A DNA stretch of 64,000 bases from Aigarchaeota archaeon (GTDB lineage: Archaea > Thermoproteota > Nitrososphaeria_A > Caldarchaeales > Wolframiiraptoraceae). The DNA lies in NCBI GenBank assembly GCA_025059205.1, contig JANXDS010000001.1, positions 76,014-140,013 on the forward strand, given 5' to 3'. This document shows, piece after piece, positions 1 through 10,337 of this stretch. Both the position numbers and the translations under genes were made by a program. How positions within the stretch are numbered: position 1 is the stretch's first letter; every line of letters starts with the position of its first letter. The notes under the pieces are model-generated. The model had not been told where the DNA came from. It ran no database searches and saw only the letters and a list, made by a program, of their open reading frames with translations.

Positions 1-1
1 G

Positions 2-745
2 TGTCGTGGGACGGTTACCATAATGTTGTTGGGTGATGCATGCACACGTTCATGCAGGTTCTGTGCGGTCAAAGCAGGAAAACCAATGGGACGCGTTGAT
101 GTATCCGAGCCGGAGAAGGTAGCTATGGCCGTGAAAGAGCTGAATTTGAACCACATCGTCTTGACCTCCGTCTGCAGGGACGATTTGCATGATGGGGGTG
201 CCGGAGTGTTCGCCGAGACTGTAATGAGGATTAGAAGGACGAATCCAAGGGCAAAGGTTGAGGTACTCATACCCGATTTCGGAGGCAATAGAAGCGCGAT
301 CGAGGTAGTGGTAAGATCCAAACCAGACGTCATCGGCCACAACCTGGAAACAATTAAGAGGCTGACACCGATCGTTAGGGATAGGAGGTCGGACTATCAG
401 CTCTCTCTCGATGTTTTAAAGACTGTAAAAGAGCTGGACGATAGCATATACACTAAGTCGTCTCTGATACTCGGCTTTGGTGAGACCGAGCAGGAAGTCG
501 TGGAGGCAATGTCGGACTTAAGGTCGGTCGGGGTTGACATCTTGACTTTGGGACAGTATCTCAGACCTACCAGAAGACATGCACCGGTTGTCGAGTATGT
601 TCATCCTAAAACGTTTGAAAGACTGAAGGATATCGCCCTCTCCTTAGGTTTTAAGGGCGTAATTTCTGCACCCTTAGCGAGAAGCTCGTATATGGCGGCA
701 GAGCTGTTCCAGAAAATTTCGAGAGGTGGTGTTTTTGGAGGCTGA
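2..745 (+). CDS. lipA: lipoyl synthase (5'-truncated at window edge)
   Basis: Radical SAM motif CTRSCRFC, LTSVCRDDL, GHNLET, GQYLRPT and C-terminal RSSY; frame is open back to the window edge. Confidence 0.95.
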   Translation, partial: CRGTVTIMLLGDACTRSCRFCAVKAGKPMGRVDVSEPEKVAMAVKELNLNHIVLTSVCRDDLHDGGAGVFAETVMRIRRTNPRAKVEVLIPDFGGNRSAIEVVVRSKPDVIGHNLETIKRLTPIVRDRRSDYQLSLDVLKTVKELDDSIYTKSSLILGFGETEQEVVEAMSDLRSVGVDILTLGQYLRPTRRHAPVVEYVHPKTFERLKDIALSLGFKGVISAPLARSSYMAAELFQKISRGGVFGG

Positions 746-2129
746 TGCGGTAGTTATAGGCGGAGGTCCCGCAGGCTATGTCGCTGCGATAAGGTTGGGC
801 CAGTTACGTAAAAAAACTGTTTTGGTGGAAAAGGACAACCTGGGTGGCACCTGTCTTAACTACGGCTGCATCCCGTCAAAGGTTCTTATAACCGCAGCAG
901 ACATCTTTTGGAAAGTTGGAAAACTCGACAAGCTCGGCATAAAGGTTCAGGGATTATCTATGGAACTTAAACAGTTGCAGGATTGGAAGAGGGAAGTTAT
1001 CGCTAAGCTGAGGGACGGCATAGCCTATCTGCTCAAGGGAAACGGTGTTAAGATAATCAAAGGTTTCGCGACGTTAAGGTCACCTAAGGAAGTCGAGGTT
1101 AGAGAAGGTACCTCCGGGACTATAATCAAAACCAACAGCGTGCTTTGGACCGTGGGTGCTGAGGATGCGGGCCTTCCAAATATACCGTACGACGGTAAGC
1201 GCATACTAAGCGCAAAGGACTTGCTTGACCTAGAAATCGTACCCAAGAGCATGCTGATAGTAGGCGGAGGGGCAATAGGACTCGAACTCGGAACGGCCCT
1301 CGCTAAGATGGGTACGAAGGTCATCATCGTCGAGATAATGGACCAGTTGCTTCCAGGAATCAGTAAAGATGCGGTAACCGTCGTTCACAGGAACCTGAAG
1401 AGGCTCGGTGTCGAAGTATACACTAGCTCCCGTGTTTTGACTTACAGATATGGTGGCGGTCACGTCTCGGTAGATATTACAAAGAACGGCGAGACGTTAT
1501 CTATCAATACAGAATATGTACTCGTTACGGTTGGCAGGAGAGCATCGTCCCAGAATTATGGGCTAAAGGAGCTTGGCGTGGAACTTGACAAGAATGGTTT
1601 CGTGGTCGTGGACTCTAGCATGAGAACTTCTCTCGAGAACATATTCGCAGCTGGTGATGCTGTCGGCCCACCATTCCTCGCACATAAAGCTTCGAGACAA
1701 GGTCTTATTGCCGCCGAGACGATAGCCGGTCAGAAGACACGTCTTATGCTTCCGCCAGTACCTCTTGCACTTTTCACGGATCCAGAGATCGCAGTTGTTG
1801 GCATGTCAGAGGAAGAGGCAAAGGCATCGGGCATAGATGTCGCTGTCGGTAAATTTCCGTTCACGGCTCTGAGTAGGGCGAACATATCGAACGATACCGA
1901 AGGTTTCGTTAAAGTCGTGGTAGACAGGTCTAGCGAAAAAATCCTAGGCGTTCAGATAGTCGGACGTGGAGCAACAGACCTGATAGGCGAGGCCGCCCTT
2001 GCGATATCGGCAGGCATGAGGGTTGACGAGTTGGATAATGCAATTCATCCTCATCCGACGTTCTCTGAGGCAATAGGAGAGGCCGCGGGTGCCGTTAACA
2101 AGAAAGCTATACATTTGCTGAACGTTTGA
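726..2129 (+). CDS. lpdA: dihydrolipoamide dehydrogenase (E3/L protein)
   Basis: GGGPAG FAD motif, redox disulfide GGTCLNYGCIPSK, C-terminal HPHPTFSE. Confidence 0.96.
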   Translation: MVFLEADAVVIGGGPAGYVAAIRLGQLRKKTVLVEKDNLGGTCLNYGCIPSKVLITAADIFWKVGKLDKLGIKVQGLSMELKQLQDWKREVIAKLRDGIAYLLKGNGVKIIKGFATLRSPKEVEVREGTSGTIIKTNSVLWTVGAEDAGLPNIPYDGKRILSAKDLLDLEIVPKSMLIVGGGAIGLELGTALAKMGTKVIIVEIMDQLLPGISKDAVTVVHRNLKRLGVEVYTSSRVLTYRYGGGHVSVDITKNGETLSINTEYVLVTVGRRASSQNYGLKELGVELDKNGFVVVDSSMRTSLENIFAAGDAVGPPFLAHKASRQGLIAAETIAGQKTRLMLPPVPLALFTDPEIAVVGMSEEEAKASGIDVAVGKFPFTALSRANISNDTEGFVKVVVDRSSEKILGVQIVGRGATDLIGEAALAISAGMRVDELDNAIHPHPTFSEAIGEAAGAVNKKAIHLLNV

Positions 2130-2153
2130 ATAACGCTTGCTCGGTGTCTGACG

Positions 2154-2825
2154 ATGAAGAAGGGCTTTCTCGTTGACCTCGGCCTCTGCGAGTACGAGCC
2201 CGTCTGGAAGCTTCAACTTAAGCTAGTGGAGCTTAGGTTATCCTCCGAGATTCCGGATACCCTGCTACTCGTGGAACACAAAAGTGTATTCACGCTTGGA
2301 AGGAGAACCTCTATGGACGACGTAATCGAGAAAAGGGCACCAGTGTTCAGGGTCGAAAGGGGCGGCGGCGCTACATATCACGGTCCAGGCCAGCTCGTAG
2401 GTTATCCAATAATGGATCTGAACGCCATGAAATTGGACATCAAGCAATACATCCGCAAGCTGGAGAATGTCTTGGTTAGGACTCTGCTTAGATTTAATGT
2501 AGCAGCAGACATAAAGGAAGGGTACCCGGGCGTATGGGTCGGCGAAAAGAAGATAGCATCGATAGGTATAGCGATCAGGAACTGGGTGGCCTTTCATGGT
2601 TTTGCGGTGAACATAAACCCAGACATGAGTTACTTCAGATGCATAAGGCCGTGCGGCATGCGACCTGAGGTGATGTCCTCGGTCGAAGAGCTTTTAGGAG
2701 CCTCCCCTGAATTGGATAGGGTAAAAGAGGCCCTTATAAAGGAATTTGAGACAGAATTCGACCTTAATTTACGTCCTTTTCCGTCGGATCTTTGGAAGCT
2801 CGTCACGGAATCCATCGGCTTATAA
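2154..2825 (+). CDS. lipB: lipoyl(octanoyl) transferase
   Basis: RGGGATYHGPGQLVGYPI, KIASIG, HGFAVN and PCG catalytic Cys. Confidence 0.95.
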   Translation: MKKGFLVDLGLCEYEPVWKLQLKLVELRLSSEIPDTLLLVEHKSVFTLGRRTSMDDVIEKRAPVFRVERGGGATYHGPGQLVGYPIMDLNAMKLDIKQYIRKLENVLVRTLLRFNVAADIKEGYPGVWVGEKKIASIGIAIRNWVAFHGFAVNINPDMSYFRCIRPCGMRPEVMSSVEELLGASPELDRVKEALIKEFETEFDLNLRPFPSDLWKLVTESIGL

Positions 2826-2892
2826 ACATATGTAGCAACGCTTATAAACCGAGCCTTTAAATACTATTTAAATAACCACGGAGAGTCGCGTA

Positions 2893-3465
2893 ATGCCAAA
2901 GGGACCCGAGCCAACTATAAAAATAGAGAACGTTGTAGCTAGCGTAACGTTGTTCCAGAGGCTTGATTTGTCCCAGATACAGAGGAGCTTCCCGGACGTA
3001 GAGTACAAGCCGGCACAATTCCCGGGTCTTGTCTTCAGGCTTCAGAAACCGAAGACGGCCACTTTGATATTCAGCAGCGGTAAGATGGTCTGCACTGGAG
3101 CGGAGAGCGAAGAGGAGTCTATCAAGGCCGTCAAAACTGTCGTTAAACTTTTGAAGAAAGAAGGCTTCTTGATCAAGGAGGAGCCTCAGATAGAGATACA
3201 GAACATAGTAGCCAGCGTCGACCTTCATGGCAGAATAGACCTAGAAAGAGCCGCCGCGGAGCTGGAGAACGTCATGTACGAACCGGAACAATTTCCCGGC
3301 TTAATCTATAGGATGGAGCAGCCTAAGGTTGTAATACTTATGTTCGCGAGCGGAAAGCTTGTCTGCACCGGTGCCAAGTATGAGCGGGAAGTCTACGAAG
3401 CCGTACAACGATTGAGGGAAATACTGGAAGAGAAAAATCTACTAATATACACTACAACGTCATAA
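2893..3465 (+). CDS. tbp: TATA-box binding protein
   Basis: Two repeats: [29 protein letters not shown] and [29 protein letters not shown]. Confidence 0.98.
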   Translation: MPKGPEPTIKIENVVASVTLFQRLDLSQIQRSFPDVEYKPAQFPGLVFRLQKPKTATLIFSSGKMVCTGAESEEESIKAVKTVVKLLKKEGFLIKEEPQIEIQNIVASVDLHGRIDLERAAAELENVMYEPEQFPGLIYRMEQPKVVILMFASGKLVCTGAKYEREVYEAVQRLREILEEKNLLIYTTTS

Positions 3466-4488
3466 AGTGCACTTTCCTTTTAACAACAAGTCGACGAGTC
3501 TTTTCGTTACGTCCTCGGTAGTTGCCGTGCCGCCCAAATCGGGCGTCAGACTTTTTGGATCTTTTAGCAAGTAGAGCACGGCATCCTCTATGCTACTCGC
3601 CGCCTCAAGCATCGCTTTGTTGCCCCTCGTCCTGCCGAGCCATTCGAGCATCATCTTCGATGCCATGATTTGGGCTATTGGGTTAGCGTATGACGGGTTT
3701 ATATCGGGCGCCGTTCCATGAACCGGTTCGAACAGACCAAACTCATCTCCTACGTTGGCCGAGTAGGCTAGGCCCAAACTACCGACTACGCCCGCCGCTT
3801 CGTCGCTCAATATGTCGCCGAACATGTTCGTCGTGAGCATCACATCAAACCTTTGTGGATTCATCACTAGCTGATAAGCCGCGTTGTCGACTAGCATTTC
3901 CTCCAACGTTACGGACGGATAAGACTTCGCGACATCGAAGGCTGCCTTCCTGAAGAGCTCAAAACTCTTCAGCACGTTTACCTTGTGGACGAGTGTCACC
4001 TTTTTCCTCCTAACCTCCGCCGTTTGGAATGCGACTTTCGCTATCCTTGTACATGCCTTCCTAGTCAGCACCATTAAGGCTACCGCATGCTCCTCGCCAA
4101 CATCCTCAACGCATTTATACAAATCTTCCGTATTCTCCCTGATTATTATTAGGTCCACGTCCTTCCACTTAGAGCTAACTCCGGGAAGCGTCTTGAAGGG
4201 TCTTATGTTGGCGTAAAGGTCTAGCCTCTGCCTCAGTACGACTATAACATCCCTTGCCGTCTCACCAACAGGTCCCTTCAAACACGCGTCGGAAGATCTT
4301 ATCTTGTCAAACGAGTCCTTCGGCAATGGTTCGCCAAAATCCCTCTTAGCCGCATCGCCGGCCGGCGCCTCAACGAAGCTCAGCTTGAAGCCGTAGACAT
4401 CTGAAGCGGCCTCCAGTACCTCTTTTGCAGACCTGACGACGACCGGACCTATGCCGTCGCCCGGTATTACGCTTATGATGTTAACCAT
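3460..4488 (-). CDS. leuB: 3-isopropylmalate dehydrogenase (isocitrate/isopropylmalate dehydrogenase family)
   Basis: [34 protein letters not shown]; divergent from leuA. Confidence 0.85.
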   Translation of the reverse strand: MVNIISVIPGDGIGPVVVRSAKEVLEAASDVYGFKLSFVEAPAGDAAKRDFGEPLPKDSFDKIRSSDACLKGPVGETARDVIVVLRQRLDLYANIRPFKTLPGVSSKWKDVDLIIIRENTEDLYKCVEDVGEEHAVALMVLTRKACTRIAKVAFQTAEVRRKKVTLVHKVNVLKSFELFRKAAFDVAKSYPSVTLEEMLVDNAAYQLVMNPQRFDVMLTTNMFGDILSDEAAGVVGSLGLAYSANVGDEFGLFEPVHGTAPDINPSYANPIAQIMASKMMLEWLGRTRGNKAMLEAASSIEDAVLYLLKDPKSLTPDLGGTATTEDVTKRLVDLLLKGKCTL

Positions 4489-4504
4489 GTTCTGTCCCGC
4501 TCTT

Positions 4505-4568
4505 TTATGCGTATTTAAGCGTTTTTCATTCTCAAGTTATGCGTATTTAAGCGTTTTTCATTCTCAAG
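4505..4568. repeat. perfect 32-bp tandem duplication containing the likely leuB BRE/TATA promoter
   Basis: TTATGCGTATTTAAGCGTTTTTCATTCTCAAG at 4505-4536 and 4537-4568; minus strand reads GAAAAACG-CTTAAATA. Confidence 0.9.
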
Positions 4569-4631
4569 CGTCCGAGGCTGATGAACCATGGTACCGTGAG
4601 AGTACGTTCGCATACAACGATGGTTGACTTT

Positions 4632-4681
4632 GGATTAGTTCAGCATCGCGGAAAAAAATTTCCATCGTGCTGAACTAATCC
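4632..4681. repeat. 14-bp perfect inverted repeat in leuB-leuA intergenic region
   Basis: GGATTAGTTCAGCA (4632-4645) and TGCTGAACTAATCC (4668-4681). Confidence 0.85.
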
Positions 4682-4854
4682 GCAAGAAATGCTTATATAT
4701 GCTTATCCAAACAAAATTTACAACGTTCGGTTGGTGAGCAAAGTGAGCCAACTCGAATAAGCTTGGCAAAAAATTTCGAGCCTACGTCCAGTAAATCTTC
4801 TCAAAAAATCTGCCCTGTGAATCTTGCCCTACTCCTTCTCTGAGGTGTTATACC

Positions 4855-6393
4855 ATGGCTTGGAGGAGCCTATTCTCGGAAGAGTATAAACTTCCCGAAA
4901 AGGTCAGCATATTCGACACAACTCTAAGGGACGGTGAGCAGACGCCCGGCGTCGCCCTTACACCGGAGGAGAAGGTCGAGATAGCCATACAGCTCGACAA
5001 ACTCGGCGTTGACATCATAGAGGCAGGATTCCCGATAACGTCAAAAGGTGAGCGAAAAGCTGTATCGGATATATGTAAACTCGGCCTCTCGGCGAAGATA
5101 TGTGCGCTTGCCAGATGCGAGAAGAACGACATAGATGCTGCGGTCGATACGGGCGTTGACTGGGTCCACGTATTTTTAGCAACATCCGATATACATCTGA
5201 AGTATAAGCTTAGAATGACGAGGGAGCAAGCACTCGCAAAGATAGCAGAAGCAGTAGAGTATGCTAAGTCGAGAGGCGTGATCGTTCACTACTCCGCTGA
5301 AGATGCGACGAGAACAGAGCATGATTTTTTGATGAAAGCGTTAAAAGTAGCGGCCGATGCTGGAGCGGATAGCATAGACATACCCGATACCGTTGGCTTT
5401 GCAGTACCAGCAGCGATTCGCAGGCTTGTTTCTTCTGCAAAGATCGTCACAGACAAGCCGGTAGCGGTCCATTGTCACGACGACATGGGGTTAGCGGTAG
5501 CAAACTCGCTCTCAGCCGTTGAAGCAGGTGCGGAGATAATTCATGCGACGGTCAACGGGATAGGCGAAAGGGCCGGTAACGCAAGCCTAGAGGAGATAGT
5601 CGTGGCGTTGCACACGCTTTATGGTGTGAAAACCAACATAAACCTCCAAGAGATATATAAGACGTCGAGACTCGTCGCCAAGCTCACCGGAGTTTGGATT
5701 CCTAAAAACAAGGCAATCGTCGGCGAGAATGCGTTTTCACACGAGAGCGGTATACATGTACATGGTATACTTGGTTCTCCCGAAACCTACGAACCAATAG
5801 CACCGGAACTCGTCGGAAGGAGAAGGAAGATAGTGGCAGGGAAGCACTCGGGCATACATGGTATAGACTTCTTACTCAAGGAGCACGGTATTGATGTAGA
5901 CAAACCAAAGGCTAAGGAGGTTCTTGAAAAGGTTAAGGCCCTCGGCGATATGGGCTTAAGGGTTCCGGACACCAAGCTCAAGACTATAGCCGAAGAAATT
6001 TTGGGAAAATCAGGAGACACTCAGCTAGTGTCCCTGAAGGAGCTTAGTATCACGTCGAACGTTGATGGTGCGGTTGCACGAATATCCTTGAAATTGGGCG
6101 ATGAAGTCTTTATGGCCGAGTCTTTTGGCCACAGTCCTGTTGTCGCGTCTATATCAGCCCTTCTGAATGCCGTATCGAAAAAGATGAACGTCAGGTTAAT
6201 CGACTTTAGAATCGATGCGACATCCTACTCACCGGATTTGACATGTGAGGCAGAAGTTATGTTGACGGTCGACAACTCGCAAGAATATGTTGGCGAGGCG
6301 ACTGGACATGATCCCGCCTTTGTTGCAGTAGGCGCTATAATAGCGGGCATAGAGAAGGCAATAATATCGTCTGTTGGAGGTAAAGCAACATGA
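4855..6393 (+). CDS. leuA: 2-isopropylmalate synthase / citramalate synthase family
   Basis: [34 protein letters not shown] and C-terminal regulatory domain; LeuA vs CimA not resolvable. Confidence 0.85.
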   Translation: MAWRSLFSEEYKLPEKVSIFDTTLRDGEQTPGVALTPEEKVEIAIQLDKLGVDIIEAGFPITSKGERKAVSDICKLGLSAKICALARCEKNDIDAAVDTGVDWVHVFLATSDIHLKYKLRMTREQALAKIAEAVEYAKSRGVIVHYSAEDATRTEHDFLMKALKVAADAGADSIDIPDTVGFAVPAAIRRLVSSAKIVTDKPVAVHCHDDMGLAVANSLSAVEAGAEIIHATVNGIGERAGNASLEEIVVALHTLYGVKTNINLQEIYKTSRLVAKLTGVWIPKNKAIVGENAFSHESGIHVHGILGSPETYEPIAPELVGRRRKIVAGKHSGIHGIDFLLKEHGIDVDKPKAKEVLEKVKALGDMGLRVPDTKLKTIAEEILGKSGDTQLVSLKELSITSNVDGAVARISLKLGDEVFMAESFGHSPVVASISALLNAVSKKMNVRLIDFRIDATSYSPDLTCEAEVMLTVDNSQEYVGEATGHDPAFVAVGAIIAGIEKAIISSVGGKAT

Positions 6394-6570
6394 AGGCTCT
6401 TACGAAATGTTTTTATAATATAGGAGTGTATTATTCTAGCTCGAAGCGTGAGGGTGATAATGAGGCGCCAAGTCCTCTAAACAAGGGCGGGTATGTTCTC
6501 GCCCAGTATCTACCCTCCAGTATCGATACCCTCTTTTCATCCCTAAACTTTCTATGCGTGGTGAAGGTAT

Positions 6571-8325
6571 ATGGTAAGGGCAGCTGATGTTCTAGTCAAG
6601 GCTATGGAATCAAAGGGTGTCGTCGCCATCTTCGGGATACCTGGTGGTTCAATCCTACCGTTCTACGACGCTCTGTACGACAGCAACATAAAGACCATAC
6701 TGATGAGACATGAGCAGCAGGCAGCACATGCCGCGGAGGGTTATGCAAGAGTTAAGGGCAGACCCGGGATAGCCATGGCTACTTCAGGCCCAGGCGCGAC
6801 GAACCTTGTGACGGGCATAGTTAACGCTATGATGGATAGCCAGCCCGTCATAGCGATAACTGGCCAGGTCCCGCGCGACTCGCTCGGAACGGACGCTTTC
6901 CAAGAAACCGACATAACGGGCATACTCTTACCCGTCACGAAGTACGCGGTAACCGTCAAGGATCCATCTAAACTGGCCCAGACGTTCGTAGATGCATACC
7001 ATGTAGCTGTGTCCGGTAGGCCTGGCCCTGTTCTCATAGACGTTCCAAGGGATGTTTTCCAAGCAGACGTCGAACCTCGTTGGGAGGACAAACCGAGCTT
7101 GATAAAGTATGTACTGAACACCGTCACGTCACAAGCTCAGGAACCGGACCCAGAGCTCATATCGAAAGCTGCTGAGATTCTGATGAATGCCGAGAAGCCA
7201 GTGATAATAGCTGGCGGCGGTGTAATAATAAGCAACGCCACTAACGAACTGGTCAAGCTGGCCGAGTACCTCATGGCACCTGTCGTGGTTACTACACCGG
7301 GGATAGGTTCCATACCCTCCGACCATCCGCTCATGCTCGGCGTCATAGGCATGCACGGCAGAGTCGAGGCCAACCTTGCTGTGATAGAGTCGGATGTGAT
7401 TCTAGCGGTTGGCATGAGATTCGCTGATAGATCCGTCGGAAGGTTTGATGAGTTCCAGAAAGGCAGGAAGGTGATCCATATAGATATAGATGCCAGCGAG
7501 CTCGGTAAGAACGTCACGCCGACCGTGAGTATAATTGGTGATGCAAAGAAAACATTGGCAGAAATTTACGCATGCATAGCTTCCAGGGTCGCGAGAAAGG
7601 ATGCGAGACCTTTCATCCAAAGACTCAAAGCCATAGGTGAAAGCTTTGATGAATTCATGAACAATCATGGCGAACCCAGCAAGATAACTTCCTGGCGCGC
7701 TCTGAAAGTGATAAGGGAAGAGCTTCCGAGGAACGCGATAGTGACCACAGGCGTTGGACAGCACCAGATGTGGGTCCAGCTTTGTTTCAAGGTATTCGAA
7801 CCGCGAACTTTAATCACAAGTTGCGGTCTCGGAACTATGGGCTTCGGTCTGCCTGCTGCCTTGGGCGCAAAGGTCGCAGCACCGGATAGGACCGTAGCCT
7901 GCATCGATGGCGACGGTAGCTTTTTCATGACGTGCCAAAGCTTAGCACCGGTCGTCCAGTATAACATCCCTATCATATGTATAATATTCAATAACAGGTC
8001 CCTCGGCATGATAAGACAGCTGCAGGACTTCTTCTATCAAAAGAGGTACAAAGACGAGCATCTTGGGTTATCTAGGAGATACGTTGGGAGAAGCATAGAT
8101 TACGTGAAGCTAGCCGAGTCCATAGGTGTAGAGGGCGCCTCGGCAGAATCCCTGGACGACCTGAGGATGCTACTCAGGAGAGCCGTAAGGTCAGGAGAAG
8201 CGTTCCTCATAGACCTGCCGATAGACAGGGAAGAAAGGGTACTTCCTATGGTACCTCCTGGTAAGTGGCTCAACCAGATGATGACACCTTCGGAGTTTGA
8301 TCTACATGCCCGCGTACGTGTTTAG
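6571..8325 (+). CDS. ilvB: acetolactate synthase large subunit
   Basis: FGIPGG, RHEQQA, TSGPGATN, DAFQE, GQHQMW and TPP motif GDGSF..NN. Confidence 0.95.
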   Translation: MVRAADVLVKAMESKGVVAIFGIPGGSILPFYDALYDSNIKTILMRHEQQAAHAAEGYARVKGRPGIAMATSGPGATNLVTGIVNAMMDSQPVIAITGQVPRDSLGTDAFQETDITGILLPVTKYAVTVKDPSKLAQTFVDAYHVAVSGRPGPVLIDVPRDVFQADVEPRWEDKPSLIKYVLNTVTSQAQEPDPELISKAAEILMNAEKPVIIAGGGVIISNATNELVKLAEYLMAPVVVTTPGIGSIPSDHPLMLGVIGMHGRVEANLAVIESDVILAVGMRFADRSVGRFDEFQKGRKVIHIDIDASELGKNVTPTVSIIGDAKKTLAEIYACIASRVARKDARPFIQRLKAIGESFDEFMNNHGEPSKITSWRALKVIREELPRNAIVTTGVGQHQMWVQLCFKVFEPRTLITSCGLGTMGFGLPAALGAKVAAPDRTVACIDGDGSFFMTCQSLAPVVQYNIPIICIIFNNRSLGMIRQLQDFFYQKRYKDEHLGLSRRYVGRSIDYVKLAESIGVEGASAESLDDLRMLLRRAVRSGEAFLIDLPIDREERVLPMVPPGKWLNQMMTPSEFDLHARVRV

Positions 8326-8578
8326 CATATTGATAGAAGATTCGCTCGAGGCCCTCGTCAAGGTATTCCTGACCGCTAGACAGGCCCAGGCGAAGCTCAT
8401 CAGCGCAGAAGTTAGCGAGTCCAGCATGGAAAACGTCAAGTTGTTGACGATGACCCTATCGTTAAAACCAGAGAAGGCAGAGTGGCTCAAGAGAAAGCTA
8501 TTTAACCTACCTGTGGTACTGGAAGTAAATTGCACAACATTGGACGCGACCCTAAGTAAGAATGCGTGTGGGAGGTGA
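8306..8578 (+). CDS. acetolactate synthase small regulatory (ACT-like) subunit
   Basis: ~90 aa with ACT-like pattern, between ilvB and ilvC. Confidence 0.65.
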   Translation: MPAYVFSILIEDSLEALVKVFLTARQAQAKLISAEVSESSMENVKLLTMTLSLKPEKAEWLKRKLFNLPVVLEVNCTTLDATLSKNACGR

Positions 8579-8585
8579 AAAATGA

Positions 8586-9566
8586 ATGGCAAAAATATAT
8601 TACGATAGCGATATAAGCCTCGAGCCGTTACTCGGCAAGAAGGTAGCGGTCATAGGTTATGGAAGTCAAGGAAGGGCCCAAGCACTCAACATGAGGGACT
8701 CCGGCATAGACGTCGTCGTCGGCGTGAGGGAAGGAGGGAAATCCTGGAGGATGGTAAAAGAGGATGGCCTCGAGCCCCTTCCTGTAGAAAAGGCAGCGAA
8801 GGAAGGAGACGTAGTCCACATGCTAATACCGGATGTGATACAGCCTGAGGTTTACAAGAAGCTCATAGAGCCGAACATGAAGCCCGGAAAGGTCTTGGGC
8901 TTCTCTCATGGTTACAACATACACTTTAGACAGATAGTGCCGCCGAGCTACGTAGATGTCATACTTGTTGCACCCAAGGCACCTGGTCCGAGAATGCGCG
9001 AGCTGTACCTCGAAGGGAAGGGCGTCCCTGCACTCTTCGCCGTGGGTCAGGACTACTCCGGAAACGCGAGGATGATAGCCTTGGCTATGGCCAAGGCCCT
9101 GGGTTGCGCGAGGGCCGGCGTCCTAGAGACGACGTTCAAAGAGGAGACAGAGACCGACCTGCTGGGAGAGCAGGCAGTCCTAGTCGGTGGTATCATGGAA
9201 CTCATAAAGAAGGGATACGAAGTACTAGTCGAGGCAGGATATCAGCCGGAGCTTGCCTACTTCGAGGTATGTAACGAGATGAAGCTGATAGTCGACCTCA
9301 TATACAAGGGAGGCTTAGTCGGCATGCTGAGTGCGGTCTCGGATACCGCAAAGTTCGGCGGCCTGGTCGTAGGTCCCCAGGTAATCGACGAGCACGTAAA
9401 AGAGAACATGAGGGAAGCCCTTAGGAGGATTCAAGACGGCTCTTTTGCGAGGCTTTGGAGTGAGGACCCAAGGAGTAAGCTGATACTCGAGAAGAAAATG
9501 GAGGAGATAAGGGACCATCCGATGGAGAAGGTTGGCGAGGTCGTCAGGAAGCTGGCCCAAATATAA
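8586..9566 (+). CDS. ilvC: ketol-acid reductoisomerase
   Basis: [38 protein letters not shown]. Confidence 0.97.
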   Translation: MAKIYYDSDISLEPLLGKKVAVIGYGSQGRAQALNMRDSGIDVVVGVREGGKSWRMVKEDGLEPLPVEKAAKEGDVVHMLIPDVIQPEVYKKLIEPNMKPGKVLGFSHGYNIHFRQIVPPSYVDVILVAPKAPGPRMRELYLEGKGVPALFAVGQDYSGNARMIALAMAKALGCARAGVLETTFKEETETDLLGEQAVLVGGIMELIKKGYEVLVEAGYQPELAYFEVCNEMKLIVDLIYKGGLVGMLSAVSDTAKFGGLVVGPQVIDEHVKENMREALRRIQDGSFARLWSEDPRSKLILEKKMEEIRDHPMEKVGEVVRKLAQI

Positions 9567-9578
9567 CGGGCTTCAGGC

Positions 9579-10337
9579 TTAGAGTGGGAAGAACCTGTAG
9601 TACACGGCTAGGCCGAACAGAACCAGCAAAATTAACAGAACCATATAGTCCCTAGGGCCCATCCTGAGCTCCCTTAACGACGTTCTATTTTTTACGGCAC
9701 CGAAACACTTTACCTCCATCGCCTCCGCCAGCTCGTATGCTCTTCTGAGAGCGTTTGCGAGCAACGGCACGAGTATCGGTATTAGCTTCCTAGCTCTCTG
9801 TAAAGGCCCGCCCCTATCCAACTCTACGCCGCGTGCCCTCTGTGCATCCATTATGTCCCTTAGCTCTTGGGCTATTATCGGCGTAAATCTTATCGCCGAT
9901 ATAAAGGCGAACGTGTACTGGTAGGGAACACGCCAACTCGTAAGCGTCAGCCCTATCTCCTCCGGTGTCGTGGTCAAGAAGAATATGGAGAATGAGGAGA
10001 GGAAGAGCACGAGCCTATACGCTAGCGTGGCCGAATGGTAAAGCGTATCCTGTAAGGTTGTGTAGGTTCCGCTTGATATGAAGAACATAGCGTTTAGACC
10101 GAAGACAAGAGCAGCCAGAGGAATCGAGCCCTTTATCGTTTGGAGCCAACGTCGCATGACCTTAGCAACATAAGCTATCGTTGCCTGTACTACTATGAGA
10201 GCTGTCAGCATCCACGCCTCTGCATACATTACCACTGTGATTAACATTAGCACGGAAACAAGAAATTTTACCCTTGGGTCAAGTCTATGTATGGCCGTAT
10301 CGCCGGCATAGAACTTAAAACCTTCTAGTATGCTCAA
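9579..10337 (-). CDS. ecfT: ECF transporter transmembrane T component
   Basis: HRLDPRVK, AQRARG, AMEVKCF; hydrophobic segments. Confidence 0.92.
   Translation of the reverse strand: MSILEGFKFYAGDTAIHRLDPRVKFLVSVLMLITVVMYAEAWMLTALIVVQATIAYVAKVMRRWLQTIKGSIPLAALVFGLNAMFFISSGTYTTLQDTLYHSATLAYRLVLFLSSFSIFFLTTTPEEIGLTLTSWRVPYQYTFAFISAIRFTPIIAQELRDIMDAQRARGVELDRGGPLQRARKLIPILVPLLANALRRAYELAEAMEVKCFGAVKNRTSLRELRMGPRDYMVLLILLVLFGLAVYYRFFPL

Noticed and set aside
4505-4568. CRISPR array
   Set aside because: The two 32-bp copies are directly adjacent with no spacer, and no cas genes are in the window.
6390-6587. 65-aa ORF between leuA and ilvB
   Set aside because: It spans a TATA-like element and probable leader, and has no recognizable protein features.
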